Origin: Malacoraja senta
Lineage: Eukaryota
Assembly (NCBI GenBank): GCA_038087875.1
Contig: CM075988.1
Coordinates: 6,698,001-6,762,000, forward strand
DNA length: 64,000 nucleotides
Direction: 5' to 3'
Shown: positions 11,451 through 25,389 of the stretch, piece after piece
How positions within the stretch are numbered: position 1 is the first letter of the stretch
How the letters are laid out: each line of letters opens with the position of its first letter
The notes under the pieces: model-generated
Told to the model about the DNA's origin: nothing
Seen by the model: only the letters and a program-made list of their open reading frames with translations
Databases searched by the model: none
Made by a program: the position numbers and the translations under genes

Positions 11451-11974
11451 TGGCTTGCTTAACAAAGGAAAATATCAACTTGTCATCATAGTTTTATTAT
11501 CTCCACATTCAAAATATCTTAAATTGGAGCAGCAGGAAGCCACTCAGCCCATTGAGCTTTCTCCTACTACTCAGAACAATCATGGTTGATCCTACATATC
11601 AATACCATATTCCTGTGCTTGCCCATTTCCCTCGATGCCTCTTGTGTACCAAAATTAATCAGACTACTTCTGAAATGTTAGTCACATGGCCTCCAGTGTG
11701 TTGAGGGTCCCACAGGTTCACCATCCTTGGAGTGAAGATTAATTCTACACCTCCCACCAGGAGAAAGACCCTCCTTGCCTCGAGCCTGTCTATCCTTGTT
11801 GCTTTTAGTAAGATCCCCTCTCATTCTCCTAAACTCAAATGATTCCAGGCCTAGTTGACCCAATGGCCTCTCACACCACATTCCTGTCATCCCAGAAATT
11901 AATCTCGGGAACCTTCGTTACATTCCCACCGTGCCAAAAATATCTTCCTTATGTAAACATCTCAAGGCTGCACA

Positions 11975-12700
11975 CAAGAGACAGAGACAAGAGACATTTA
12001 TTTGGCACATGTACCAATTGGTATAGTGAAATGTGTGGTCACCATACAGCCATACGAATAAAAAAGAGACAGAACACGATAGTCTTTAACATAAACATCC
12101 CCACACAGCGGAATCAAAGTTTCCCATGTGAGGGAAGGCACCAAAGTTCGATCATCCTCCTCTGTTGTCCTCTGTTGTTCATCCGTGGTCGGGGGGCTCC
12201 CGAACCCCTCGTTGTTGCCGCTACGGGCGGCCCGATGTTCAGGCCCGCTCGCCGGATGATGGAACTCTGATGTCGGAACGGGAGAACATTCTCAGCGGCT
12301 TGGACCTCCGAATCGGCCACTTTCTTACGGAGACCACGGCTCCCGAAGTCCACAGGCCGAGCTGGGCGGAGATTCACGCTGGCGGCCCTCGGCAAAGGGA
12401 TCCCAGGACTCTGCGATGTTGACGTCAGTGCCACCTGCGCTGGAAGCTCTGCAAACCACAGCTCCGCGATGTTGAAGCAGAAGGCCCAACACTCCGGAAC
12501 TTCAAACGGCGATCCAGGTCGCCCGCTCCATGGGGAATCCAGTGCTGCACTGCTGCCGAAGCATTGATCCGGACCCCGGCAGGAAAGGCCGCGCCAATCC
12601 AGTTGGTAGGCCGTGAGGGGTGGGGGGGGGGTGAAGATGCGACTCGGAGAATAGTCACATCCTCGCCAGGAAGTGACTCAGAAACGGTTTCCCCCTTACA
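11975..12700 (-). mobile_element. GC-rich non-coding retroposon with Rex1-like tail
   Basis: CpG-rich body. The minus strand ends with stem-loop..GGTACATGTGCCAAATAAA plus a short repeat, and its 3' region resembles 63110-63270. Confidence 0.6.
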
Positions 12701-12715
12701 ATCGGTGTTTCCCCC

Positions 12716-12982
12716 TTACAGTTGCAGTTGGTAGAGCTGCTGCCTCACAGCGCCAGAGACCCACGTTCGATCCTCACCTCAGCTACTGTCAGTGTGGAGT
12801 TTCCACGTTCTCCCTGTGATCGCATGGGTTTCCTCTGGGTGCTCTGGTTTGTAGGCTAATTGGCTTTGGTAAAGTTGTAAATTGTCCCTCGTGTGTTGGA
12901 CAGTGCTAGTGTATGGGGTGATTGCTGGATAGCGTGGACCCGGTGGACTGAAAGGCCAGTTTCCACGCTGTATCTCTAAAGT
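12716..12982 (+). mobile_element. V-SINE (HE1-like)
   Basis: tRNA-like head (GGTAGAG, GTTCGATCC), V-domain GTGTGGAGTTT..TTCTCCCTGTG..TGGGTTTCC, CR1-like tail. Confidence 0.8.
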
Positions 12983-13988
12983 GTAAATAATCCCATATCC
13001 ATCGGTTTCCCTAATATCCAGCTGTGGCAACTATACATTCTAATGTGCAGGATGCAAAAACGGAATAACATAGAACTAGTGTATACATTATCGATGGTTG
13101 GCATGGACTCAATGGTCTGAAGGGCCAGTTTTCATGCTGCAACTCTAAACTCTATAAACAACACCGAGGTCATCAGGTCATTTGGTGGATGAATATTACG
13201 CAACTAATCACCATTGGCATCATACACCGCTTTTCTGTTTTCCTACTGAAGTGCATAACTTCACATTTATCCATGCTATACTGCTTCTGACCTATTTGCT
13301 GCTCACTTAACTTATCCTTAAACCATTGACACCTCTGTATCCTCTCATGGATAAAGAGGTTTTGTGTTATTAACAAGCGTAGAAATATTACATGTTGTTT
13401 CCTCATCCAGGAAGTATAAATAGCGGAGGCCCAACCACAGATTCCTGTGGTACTCCACCTACCACTGATCTCAGTGCATCATACCTACCACCACACACCA
13501 AGAACATCCTATTTATAGACACTCACATCGAGTCATACAGCATGGAAAAAGGCCCTTTGGCCCAACTTGCCCATGCCGACCATGATTCCCCATGATGCCC
13601 ATGCTAGTCCCAACTGCCCATTTTGGATCTAATACCTCTAAATCTGTCCTATTCATTTACTTGTCCTAATATCATTTAAATGTTGTTTCAGGTACCTCCT
13701 CTGGCAGATGGTTCCATATTTCCTCCACCCTCTGTGTGAAAAAAATGTCCCCTCGGGTTTCAATTAAATCTCTCCCCTATTACTTTAAACCTACGTCCTC
13801 TGGTTCTTGATTTCCCCAGTTCGGGTAAAAGACTGTACATTCACACTATCTGTTCCCCTCAAGATCTTATACACCTTTATAAGATCACCCCTTAGCCTCC
13901 TGTGCTCCAAGGAATAAAGTCCTAGCATGGCCAACCACTCGCGATAGCTCAGGCCCTCAGGTTCTGGCAACATCTTCATAAATTCTTG

Positions 13989-14290
13989 AGAGGCGACACA
14001 GTGGCGCAGTGGTAGAGTTGCTGACTTATAGCGCGAGTGACCCAGGTTCCATCCTGACAATGGGTGCTGTCTGTATGGAGTTGTATGTTCTCCTGTGACT
14101 ACATGGATTTTCTCCAGGTGCTCCGGTTTCCTCCCGCACTCCAAGGACATACAATTGACTTTGGTGAAAAATATGTAAAAATGTCCCTCTTGTGTAGGAT
14201 AGTATTAGTGTACGGGGTGATCACTGGTCAGCGCCAACTCGGTGGGCCAGAGCGCTTTTTTCTGTGCTGTATTTCTAAAGTCGAAAATCT
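13989..14290 (+). mobile_element. V-SINE (HE1-like) inside CR1
   Basis: GTGGCGCAGTGGTAGAG head, V-domain, tail. Confidence 0.85.
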
Positions 14291-15502
14291 AAATCTTCTC
14301 AGCACTGTTTCCAAGTTAACGACATTCTTCCTGCAGCAGGATGACCAAAAATGAACACAATACTCCAAACGCAGCCCCACCAACATTATGTACAAGTGTA
14401 AAATGACAACCTGACCGTCTATACTTAATACACTGACTGATGAAGGCCAGTGTAGCAAAAGCCTTCTTGACCACTGTATCTACTGGTGACATCATTGTCA
14501 AGGAACTATGTACTAGCACTTCTAGACGCCTCTGCTCTACAACACTCCCGAGAGCCCCACCATTCATTGTGAAGGACCTGCCCTGGTCTGACTTCCCAAA
14601 ATGCAACATTCACACTTATCTTGATTGAACGCCATTAACCATTCCTCAGCCCACTTGCCAGTTGATCAGGATACTGCTATAATTTTAGATAATCACCTTT
14701 GCTATCTACGATACCATCCACTTTCGTGTCATCTGCAAACTTACTAATCGTGCCTTGTACATTCTCATCCAAATCGTTGATTATAAACCACAGACAGCAA
14801 TGGGCCCAGCACCAATCCGTGAGGTACACCACTAATCACAGGTCTCCAGTCTGAAAATTAACCTCCACCATCACCCCCTACTTCCTTCTAGGAAGTCAAC
14901 TCTCCATCCCGTCGGGTCGCACGCTCTAGATCCCTTGCAATCTAACCTCCCTGGGGAGGGGGTGGTTTGGGTGGGATGGGATGAGTTAACCAGGAAGTTG
15001 CGGAGGGTCCCTGTGGAAGGCGGACCACATGCGGAACCTTATGAAATGCCTTGCTGAAGTCCAGTTAAATATCTATGACTTTGCCCTTGTTAACCTTTTT
15101 GGTCACTTCTTCAACAAACTCAATCAGATTCGTAAGACATGATCGCCCATGTACAAAACCATGCTGACTATCTCCAATCAGCCCCTGTGTATATCTTATC
15201 CCTCAGAATTCTCTCCCGTAACTTACCTACCACAGCTGTTAGGCTCACTGGTCTATAGTTCCCAGGCTTTTCCTTGCAGCCCTTCTTAAATAGAGGTGCA
15301 ACATTAGCCACCCTCCAGTCTTCCAGCACCTTGCCCATGTCTAATGATGATTCATTTATCTCAGCCAGGGCGCCTGCAATTAATTCTCGAGCTTCACTCA
15401 GTGTCCCCGGAGATATCTGATCAGGCCTGGGAGATTTATTTACCTTCATACACATTAGGACATCCAGCACCTCCTTGACTGTAATACGGACTGTCCCCAA
15501 GG

Positions 15503-16305
15503 CAGACACAAAGGGCTGGAGTAACTCAGCAGGGTAAGGCAGCATCTCTGGAGAAAAATAATGGATGACATGTTAGGTCAGCACCCTTCTTCAGATTGAA
15601 TGTATGGGGTGGGGAGGGGAGGGGGGGGAGGGTAAGCGAGAAGCTGGAGGTGAAGAAAGACCAGGACCAATCAGGCAGGGCGGTACCTGGTAGGACCATT
15701 GTTGGCTAGGGAAGGTGTGATCTGAAGAGAGAAACAATGTTGAGAACTGTGGAATGGGTAAACGACTAGGGTGGAGCAAGGAGGCAAGGAGGGAGGGGGG
15801 AGGGGAGGGAAGTATAAGATGAAGTTACTTAAAATTGGAGAATTCAATATTCACACTGCTGAGTTGTAAGTTACCCAAGCAAAATACGAGATGATGGTCC
15901 TCCAATTTTTGTGTGGCCTCACTCTGGCAATGGAGGAGGCCCAGGACAGAAAGGTCAATGTGGGAATTGGAAGGGGAGTGGAAATGGTTGGCAACCGGGA
16001 GATCCCGTAGGCCTAGCCGGACTGAGTGTAAGTGTTCAGGGAAACGGTTGGCAAGTCAACGTTTGTACAGGATATACGGGAGCCCACATCGGGAACACCA
16101 GATGCAGTAGATGAGGTTAGAGGAGAAGCAGGCGAACCTCTGTCTGACCTGAAAGGACTGTCGAGGTCCCTGGATGGAGTCGAGGGTGGACGCATCAGGA
16201 CAGGAGTTGCATCTCCTGCAGTTACAGTGGAAAGTACCTGGGGAGGCGCTGGTTTGTGTGGGAAGGGATGAGCGAACCAAGGAGTTGCGGAGGGAGCGGT
16301 CCCTG
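15503..16305 (-). mobile_element. Penelope 3' part: GIY-YIG endonuclease, 3' UTR and hammerhead-bearing end
   Basis: C..RRCNSCP..FQVRQRFACFSSNLIYCIWCSRC (GIY-YIG N-terminus) and NIEFSNFK* C-terminus, then a degenerate CTGAAGA motif at ~15565-15595. Confidence 0.85.
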
Positions 16306-17514
16306 TCCTCAAAACATCCCCATTTACTGTCCCAAGATCCCAGTCTTCCTGTCTTTCCCCATGGTAAACACAGAGGAGAAATACCCCTTGAGGACCTTGC
16401 CCATCTCCTGTGGCTCCACACAGAGATGACCAATTTGTCTCCTGAGGTCCCCTATTCTCTAGTCACCCTCTTTGCTTTAATCTCTTTGGACTTTCCTTAA
16501 CATTATCCGACAGAGCTATCTCCTGCCTCCTTTTTGCTCTCCTGATTTCCTTCTTAAGTATGCTCCTCAGTTCCCAAAACTACTCCAAGGATACACTTGA
16601 TCCCAGCTGTCGCATGCCTCCTTCGTTTTCCTGATCAGAGCCTCAATTTCCCTCGCCATCCAGGCTTCCTTACTCTCACCTGCCTTGCCTTTCACTCCAA
16701 CAGGAACATGCATTACTTGAACTCTTATCATCACACTTTAAGGAGCATCCCACTTTCCGGACGCATCCTTTGTCCGCAAACAACCTACTCCAATCAACTT
16801 GAGCAAGTTCCTATCCAATACCATTAAAGTTGGCCTTGCTCCAATTCAGAATATTAACTTGTGGGCCCACATTGTCTTTATCTATAATTGTTTTAAAGCT
16901 AATAGAACTGAGGTCGTTGGTCCCAGAAGGCTCAACCATAGACACTTCAGTCACTTGCCCGTCCCAATTTCCCAAGAGTAGATCAAGCTTTGCCCGTTCC
17001 ATTGTAGGGCCTTCAACATATTGCCCGAGGAACACATTTGACAAATTCCACCTGACCGAAGCCTTTGACACTATGGCAGTCCCAGTCTATATTAGGAATG
17101 AGAAAATCCCCTACTATGGCAACCCTCTTGGTCTCGTAGCTGCCAGCAATCTCCTGGTATATTTGTTCTTCTACTTCCCATTGACTATTTGGGGGCCTAT
17201 AGTACACTCCCAACAATGTGATTATCCCTTTTTTTATTTCTCCACCCGTATAACCTCAATGGATGAACCATCTTGGACTACCGCGGTGACATTCTCCTTA
17301 ATCAATAAAGCAACATCCCTTCCTCTTTTACCTATTTCTAGCCTGTAGCACCTGTACCCTGGAACATGAAGCTGCCAATCCTGTCCCACCCTTAGCCAGG
17401 TTTTTGTAATGTTCCAGTCGCACGTACCTATCCATGCCCTGAGTTCATCTGCCTTAGCAAATAAATGCAAATAAATCCAATAGTCCTTTCTCACTCTCTG
17501 CCATTCTCCTTAAA

Positions 17515-19115
17515 GATAGATTAGAGATACAGCGCAGAAACAGGCCCACTGAGCCCATTATCCTACACACTAGGGACAATGTACATTTTTTTTTTTATAA
17601 CCAAAGCCAAGGTACACAATGTTGAAGGTACACAATGACTTACTGCCCACCGTTGACTCCGGCGACTGTGCAATTCTGCTCCTTATTGACCTCAGTGCAG
17701 CATTTGATACTGTCGACCACACCATCCTAGTTGACCGTCTCCGGTATGGGGTTGGTATTGATGGCACTGCCCTGAGCTGGTTCATCTCCTACCTCAAAGG
17801 TAGGATTTTCTCGACTAAATTGGCAACTCTTTCTCCTCCCCAGCTAATCTCTGCTGTGGGGTTCCTCAAGGTTCCATCCTTGGCCCCATTCTCTTCTCCC
17901 TGTATATGCTCCCCTTAGGCCAAGTCATTGAAAGGCACGGCATTTCCTTCCATTGCTATGCAGACGATACACAACTCTATCTCCCCCTGAAGCCCAAAAA
18001 CCAATCAAATCTGTTTAACCTTACCCACTGCCTCAAGGATATAAAGTGTTGGATGGCCCAGAACTTCCTCCAACTAAACGAGAGTAAGTCTGAGGTCATC
18101 CTTCTCGGCCCCTCGGACTCAATCAAAATGATAGCAGGCAGCCTTAGAAGCCTTACCCCACTACTCAAACCTCACGTCAAAAACCGTGGCGTGATATTTG
18201 ACTCAGCACTGAAATTTGACAAACAAGTCAATGCCGTGGTAAAAGCTAGCTTCTTTCAGCTTTGGACGATAGCTAAAATAAAACAATTCCTCCAGTTTGA
18301 TGACCTCGAAAAGATTATCCACACATTCATCTCCTCCCGCCTAGATTACAGCAACTCCCTTTACACACTGGCATCAGCCAATCTTCCCTGTCCCGCCTGC
18401 AACTGGTCCAAAACGCCGCAGCGAGACTCCTGACGGGCACCCGAAAAAGGGACCACATCACCCTGATCCTGGCCTCTCTCCACTGGCTCCCTGTGCGGTT
18501 CCGTATAAACTTCAAGATCCTCCTCCATGTCTACAAAGCCCTCAATGGGCTTGCCCCCACCTACATAAAAAGTCTTCTCACCCACCACTCCACCTCCAGG
18601 CCCCTCAGATCGGCCGACTTGGGGTTGCTGAATATCCCACGGTCTAGGCTTAAGCTCAGGGGCGACCGCGCCTTTGCGGTTGCAGCCCCTAGACTGTGGA
18701 ACAGCATTCCCTTTCCCATCAGAACTGCCCCCTCCATCGACTCTTTTAAATCAAGACTAAAGACTTATCTATACTCCCAAGCCTTACCTGATGTCCTCTG
18801 AGTGAGGGCTACATGTATATATGTATGTAGTTTGTTTTGTTTGTGCTATTCTTATAACAAATGTAAAGCACTTTGGCCAACGAGAGTTGTTTTTTAAATG
18901 TGCTACATAAATAAATGTGATTTGACTTGACTTGAAAGCCAATTAACCTGCAACACTGTATGTTTTTGGAGTGTGGGAGGAAACCAGAGCACCCGGGGAA
19001 AACCCACGGGATCACGGGAAAAACATACAAACACCATAATCAGCACGAAGTCAGGATGGAACATGGGTCTCTAGTGCTGTAAGGCAGTAACTCAACGCTG
19101 CGCCTCCGTGCTGCC
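17515..19115 (-). mobile_element. V-SINE split by the L2 insertion
   Basis: Tail at 17515-17610 and body/head at 18935-19115 join across the AAAGCCAA TSD. Confidence 0.8.
17611..18934 (+). mobile_element. L2 LINE, 5'-truncated (RT to 3' end), two frameshifts
   Basis: DLSAAFDTVDH, FHCYADDTQLY, LHWLPV.FRINFK, GDRAF..APRLWNS; (TTGAC)n tail; TSD AAAGCCAA at 17603-17610 and 18935-18942. Confidence 0.95.
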
Positions 19116-19545
19116 CATCCTGTCCATCCTTTGATCACCTTCCATTCTGACTTCCAGCCTCTCACCTGTCTCAGTCCTGCAATGGATCCCATCCCTCTGC
19201 CAATCTAGTTTAAACCCACCCGGGTAGCTCGAACAAACCTCCCTGTGCAACCTGTCCCTCTTGTACACATCTGCCCCCAGAAGAGATCCCAGTGGTCTAA
19301 AAATCAGAATCCCTGCCCCTTGCACCAACTCCTCAGCCACTCATCCACCTGTCCCATCACTAACATGTGGCACCAGGAGTAATCCAGAGATCACTACGCT
19401 GGAGGTGCTGGTTTTGAACCTTTTGCCTGTCTTCCTTTATTCATTTTGCAGGACCTCTTCCCTTTTCCTACCCATGGCATTTGTGCCAACGCACACAACA
19501 ACTTCTGCCTGCTCACCCTCCCCACTGAGAGTGTTGTGCACTCTT
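19115..19545 (-). mobile_element. CR1 ORF1 (esterase-like) fragment
   Basis: YKRD.LH motif; similar to 25405-25560. Confidence 0.6.
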
Positions 19546-20169
19546 TCTTGTCTGTCGACCAATTTTTAATCAGTGGCAATATATTCCCCCTAATCCAATG
19601 GTCTATATTTTTGGATATTAACCTCCAATGTGGGGCCTTATCAAAGACCTTCTGACAATCCAAATACACCATACCCACTGAATATCCCTTATCTATTCTA
19701 CCGGTTACATTCTCAAACACTCTGGTAGATTCATCACAATTGATTGTGATTTCATAAATCTAAGCTGGCTTTGATATTTTCCAGGTGTTGTTATCACATT
19801 CTTTGTAATAGACTCTAGTATTAACCCTAGCATTAATGTTATGCTCATCGGACTGCTGTTTACTCTCTCCTAATGACTTTATAAACTATAGGAACTGATC
19901 CATACTCTACAACATTTTGGAAGGTGACACTGGCTTTCTCCACTATCCTGTACCTACCTCTTTCAATACACTGGGAAGTAAATTATCCAACTTGTTCTGG
20001 GAATTATAAACAAGTTTCAAGTCCCCTCCACTTCTATCATAGCTAGAAGATAGACACAAAATGGTGGAGTAACTGTGGGTCAGGCAGCATTTCTGGAGAA
20101 AAAGGAATAGGTGAGGAGAGGAATAAGTGCGGTGTGCTATCATAGCTTGATAGTTCTTCCCAAAATCTT

Positions 20170-21048
20170 TATGATAATTATGGAATTTAATACAGAGAAA
20201 GGTGAGCTGTTGCATTTCGGGAGTACTAACATGGGCAGAACCAACAGTGAACGGTGGGGCTCTGGGGAGTGTTGTAGAGGGATCCAGGAGTACAGGGAGA
20301 TAGACACCAAAAGCTGGAGAAACTCAGTGGGACAGGCAGCATCTCTGGAGAGAAGGAATGGGTGACTTTTCGGATCGAGACCCTTCTTCAGACTCGGTAC
20401 ACAGTTTGTTGAATGTGGCATCACAGGTAGACAGGGTGGTCAAAAAGGTTTTTTGGCACATTGGCCTTCATCAGTCAGAGCATTGAGTATAGAAGTTGGG
20501 ATGTCATGTTGCAGCTGTATAAGAGGTTGGTGAGGCAGCATTTAGAGTATTGTGTTCAGTTTGGGGCAGCATGTTATGGGAAGAATGTTATCAAGCTGGA
20601 AAAGGTGCAGAAAATATTTACGAGGATGTTGCCAGGACTTGAGGGCCTGAGCTAGAGGGAGAGGTTGAGCAGGCTAGGACTCTATTCCTTGGAGCACAGG
20701 AGGATGAGGGGTGATCTTATAGAGGTGTACAAAATCATGAGAGGAATAGATCGGGTAGATGCACAGTCTCTTGCCCAGAGTATGGGAATCGAGAATCAGA
20801 GGACATAGGTTTAAGGTGAGGGGGGAATAATTTAATAGGAATCTGAGGGGTAACTTTTTCACACTAAGGGTGGTGGGATCAGATCAGATCGCAACATTTA
20901 GGAAACAATTAGGCAGGTACTTGGATAGGATCGGTTTAGAGGGATATGGTGCCAATCGCAGGCAGGTGGGACTAGTGTAGCGGGGACATGTTGGCCAGTG
21001 GGTAATTTGGGCGGAAGGGCCTGTTTAAACACTGTATGACTCTATGAC
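20170..21048 (+). mobile_element. CR1 LINE 3' part with a Penelope mini-end at ~20316-20395
   Basis: LYK.LVR.HLEYCVQF, RRMRGDLIEVYKI, (TATGACTC)-type tail. Confidence 0.9.
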
Positions 21049-22079
21049 AATTGGTTATTACCATATCACTGGCATATGCTGACTAATCACATTGTTTGAT
21101 TCTTTTACCGATTCAATTGCACAATCAGTTCTGCTGTAACGTATGCCTTCATTATGCAAATTGGATATAATATTATTGTTGAACTAGGGATCTCTCTTTG
21201 TATTACGTGGGCAGAATCGATTGTATCAAGATTTTGAACTAATGAACCACTTAAAAGTTACTTTGAATGTCGACAAGCAGAGCTAAAGCTGTTTTGGAAA
21301 GGAAACAATCTTAGGTATTTTGCTGCAACCTCACTGTATTAAAGGGACACTTGTCGTTTAAGAACAGTCTGCCAAGTTCACTGCTGTTACCCATTGGAAT
21401 TGACAAGAATCACTTCTATAGACACTTTCTGTAAACCATGTAACATAGAGCTTGTAGACAAAAATGCTGGATAAACTCAACGGAAACAGTCGAAACAGGG
21501 TGGACCACGTGAAGGTTGCTAACTCCCACCCTGCCAACTGCCTATACTCGGGACATTTACAGCAGCTTGTCAGGACACCTTCAGGATATGGGGTGAAACT
21601 GGGGCATTTTGGAGAAACCCATGCACTGAGAACCTACTCCAATCAACTTGAATAAGCTCCTGACTAATACCATCAAAATTGGCCTTGCCCCAATTCAGAA
21701 TATTAACTTGTGGTCACACACTCTCTTTATCCATAACTATTTTAAAGCTAATTGAACTGTCGCTGGTCCCAGAAGGCTCACCCATGAACACTTCAGTCAC
21801 TTGCCCCACTTAATTTCCTGAGACTAGATCAAGGTTTGCCCTTTCCATTGTAAGGCCCTCAACATATATTGCCCAAGGAACACATTTGACAAATTCCACC
21901 TGGCCTAAATCCTCGACGCTATGGCAGTCCCAGTCTTTATTGGGAATGATAAAATTCCCTAACCTTCTCCCTTTCTCCATAGAACCAGGAATCATTCCCC
22001 TGTGATTGTTCTTCCAATCCACTTCTCCTATTACTGACTCCTGAATATCCATTCTTCAGTTCTCAATGCTAGTGGTGTT

Positions 22080-22449
22080 TCTAGTTTAGTTTAGTGTAGA
22101 GATACAGCATGGAAACAGGCCCTCGACCCACCCACACCACAATGACCATCGATCACCTTGTTTCAAGATTCAAGATTCAAGATCGGTTTATTGTTGTTCA
22201 CGCTAGTTCTATGTTAACTCTCTTTCTCATTCACTCCCTACACATTAGGGGCAACTTTCCAGAAGCCAATTAACTTACAAACTCACACGTCTTTGGGGAC
22301 GTGGGAGGAAACTGGAGCATCCGGATGAAACACGCGCGGTCTCAGGGAGAACATGCAAACTCTTCACTGACTGCACACGGGGTCAGGATCGAACCCGGGT
22401 CTCTGGCACTGTGAGGCAGCATCTCCACCAGCTGCACCAACGTGCCACC
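22080..22449 (-). mobile_element. V-SINE (HE1-like)
   Basis: Reverse-complement head, V-domain and (CTAAA)n tail. Confidence 0.8.
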
Positions 22450-22655
22450 TCATCCTTTCTTTACTTGACTGCACAGCTCGATAGACATAAAATGCTGGAG
22501 TAACTCAGCATCTCTGGAGAGAAGTAATGGGTGACTTTTCGGGTCGCGACCCTTCTTCAGACTGATTTGTTCTTTTGCTATTCCTCTTTACACAGCAATT
22601 CTAATTCCTCCCATCCCCTCCCATTTCTGTCTTTGCCTCGTGCTCTTTCTTCCTC

Positions 22656-23718
22656 TGGTAATCCTCTGATGCAAGATCTGCTTGGTCTTCCGCCAAAAGT
22701 GACTCATACGAAACTCTTTTCCTGCAACATCTCAATCCTCTACTCAATGTTCCTCTGCCACCATGACTTACACCGTATTCTGTTCCAAATGTGCTCTGAT
22801 TTAACCCCTTCATGGCCTTGCCCTGAGTGAGCACTGTAGCTGTTTTTATTCTCCAGCCTAAAGGGCCTGTCCCACCAGCATGCGATTGCATGCGTCTAGC
22901 ACGACCAAACGTGGTCGGTTGAGGCGTACGGCCGCGCGGGGCCGGTCCCACTTCCAAGCGCGGAGGCGTATGTTGTGCGGAGCTGGTCCCGACATCGGGT
23001 GGGGCTCCGAAAATCCTGCACTGTCTGAAGATTTCGCGCGCCAAAGGCCTGTTTGCCCGCAGGCGCATTGAGGGCGTACGCAGCGTCTTCACGGCGTACG
23101 CAGCGTCTTGACGTCGTACGCCTAGCGCGTGGCATTGCGTGATGACGTCACCGCCCGGCATGCCGTTGCGTGATGACGTCACCGCCCGGCATGCCGTTGC
23201 GTGATGACGTCACCGCCCGACGCCGTGCGACATCCAAATTCAGTCGGCCCACCTCCTGCCCAGCTGATTGGTGAGTATGACGTAAATTACGTCACGCGCG
23301 AACTTTGCGCGCATTTAGCGCGTATTTACCGCAAACTTACCGCGAAATTAGTGCGTACTTACCGCGTACTTAGCGCGTACTCCCCGCCAACTTAGCACGA
23401 ACTCCGCTTCCGTTTGGTCGCGCCAAACGCATGCAGTCGCATGCAAGTGGGACAGGCCTTTAACACCTCCAGTCTTCCTCACCTTCCTCTTTTTCTTACA
23501 TGAGGTGTTAGGCTGGAGAATAAAAACAGCTACGGTGCTCACTCAGGGCAAGGCCATGAAGGGGTTAAATCGGAGCACATTTGGAACAGAATACGGTGTA
23601 AGTCATGGTGGCAGAGGAACATTGAGTAGAGAATTGAGATGTTGCAGGAAAGGAGTTTCGTATGAGTCACTTTTGATTTGCCGGAAGACCAAGTAGATCT
23701 TGCATCAGAGAGTTACCA
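22656..23718. repeat. ~210-bp inverted repeat with a 32-nt loop; left arm interrupted by a MITE
   Basis: 22656-22861 plus 23464-23469 is the reverse complement of 23502-23718 with few differences. Confidence 0.95.
22862..23460. mobile_element. PIF/Harbinger-type MITE, CpG-rich interior
   Basis: TIR AGGGCCTGTCCCAC / GTGGGACAGGCCTT with TAA TSD. The empty site is visible in the other IR arm. Confidence 0.9.
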
Positions 23719-25389
23719 TGGGAATTCAAGGAAAGCAACAGGGTTTCCAATTACATTTAAAAAAAACTGTAGATGCTGGTTAGACACAAAATGCTGAAGT
23801 AACTCAGCGGGTCAGGCAGCAGTTCAGAAAAAACATTGTTTCAAATCACTTCCCCAGACAATTGTTTCAAGATGACTGGCCATATATTTGGCTATATTAG
23901 GCCAAACCTGGATTTTTTCCCGACAATTAATTGGAGTCCTCACTTTACTGAGATGGCGGTGGAGACCAAATAATCGGGTATTTTTTGAATGGAGGTTGAT
24001 TAGTAAGGGTGTCAAAAGTTACGGGAGAAGGCAGGAGCATGGGACTGAGAGAAAAAAATAGATCAGCCATGATTGAATGGTGGAACAGATTCGATGGGCC
24101 AAATGGCCTACTTCTACTCCTATGTCTTCTGGTCTTATGGGTTTCTCCTGGGAACTCCCGTTTGCTCAACTAGTAGTGCTGGGACAATTCAGCAGGTCAG
24201 GCAGCATCCGTGGACACATTGGTCAGGATCCTTCAGATTGTCCCATCCCGAAAGATCGGCCTATTCCCTCCACAGATGCTGCCTGACCTGCTGAGTCTCT
24301 CATGTCTCTTGATTAGTAGTTAATTGGCCATTATAACTTTCCCCTAGTGTGTAGGTGATGGTTACACCTGAATAATTTTAAATTTATTTTAAATGCTGTT
24401 TAAATGCTCTATTAAATGAGTACCTTCCTCAACTACTTTGTCTCGCAGCGCTCCCTATACCCACCACCACAAATGAGTGAAGAAAGTGCTCCTCAGGCTC
24501 CTGTTAAATCTTTCCCCTCTCACCTTAAAACGATGTCCTTTGGTTCTTGATTCCCCTACTCTGAGTAAAAGTCTCTGTGCATCTACCCTATCTATTCCCC
24601 TCATGATCTTTTGCACATTTATAACATCACCCCTTCATCATCCTGCACTCCGAGGAATAATGTCCTAGCCTGCTCAACCTCTCTATATAGTGCAGGCCCT
24701 GAAATCCAGGCAATATCTTTGTAAATATACTTTCTTCTGCATGTTCTCAGTAGCTGTAACATTATGTCCTGCACTCTGTTTCCTTTTGCATTCTGTATTC
24801 ACATGTGTTTTGACTGTACTCATATATGGTGTGATTAGCCTGGATAACACGTAAGACAACGTTTCTCACTGTATACACATGATGATACCATACCAATACC
24901 AATGAGTTCACAAGCCTCAGCATTGCACCCTTGTGTTATATTCCAGTCCCTTCAAAACAAATGCTAGCACTGTGTTTGCCTTCCTTACCACCCACTCAAC
25001 TGCAAATGAACCTTTTGGTGATTTCTGAATCCTCTCACCATTTGGAAAGTAATCCATGCCCAAAGTTGCAAGCCACGAGGGGAAGGATACTAATTTAGAC
25101 TAAATTTGAATATTTAAATCAGTCAGACAACCGTGAATAGAACAAGTACTTAGCATCTAAGAGAAAGGTGTGGATAAGGTATGGCACAGGGTAAATACAG
25201 AGAGAGGTTCAGGGTCAGTGAGAAAGAAATCAAAGGTGTTGACATATTCAAAGGATAATACTATTGAAGTTGTAGACATTTGCTGCAGAAAGCACAGCGA
25301 CTAAGGAGGGTTCCTTTCAAGGAGTAGCTCAGTCTGGGGAAAAAGCAGACAAGGGTGATAAGGAATAGCTCTATCTGTCAAAGTATCAT

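Larger units (their letters stand above)
13525..17490 (-). mobile_element. Long decayed CR1 LINE ORF2 (endonuclease to 3' tail) with nested SINE and Penelope insertions
   Basis: LGVYYRPPNS, IVGDF, DWRVANVAPLFKKG..NYRPVSLT, KFADDTKV, RRLRGDLI and the 3' tail occur in order. Confidence 0.9.

Noticed and set aside
22601..23696. ORFs sharing LGWRIKTATVLTQGKAM on opposite strands
   Set aside because: A consequence of the inverted repeat and the GC-rich MITE; no recognisable domain.
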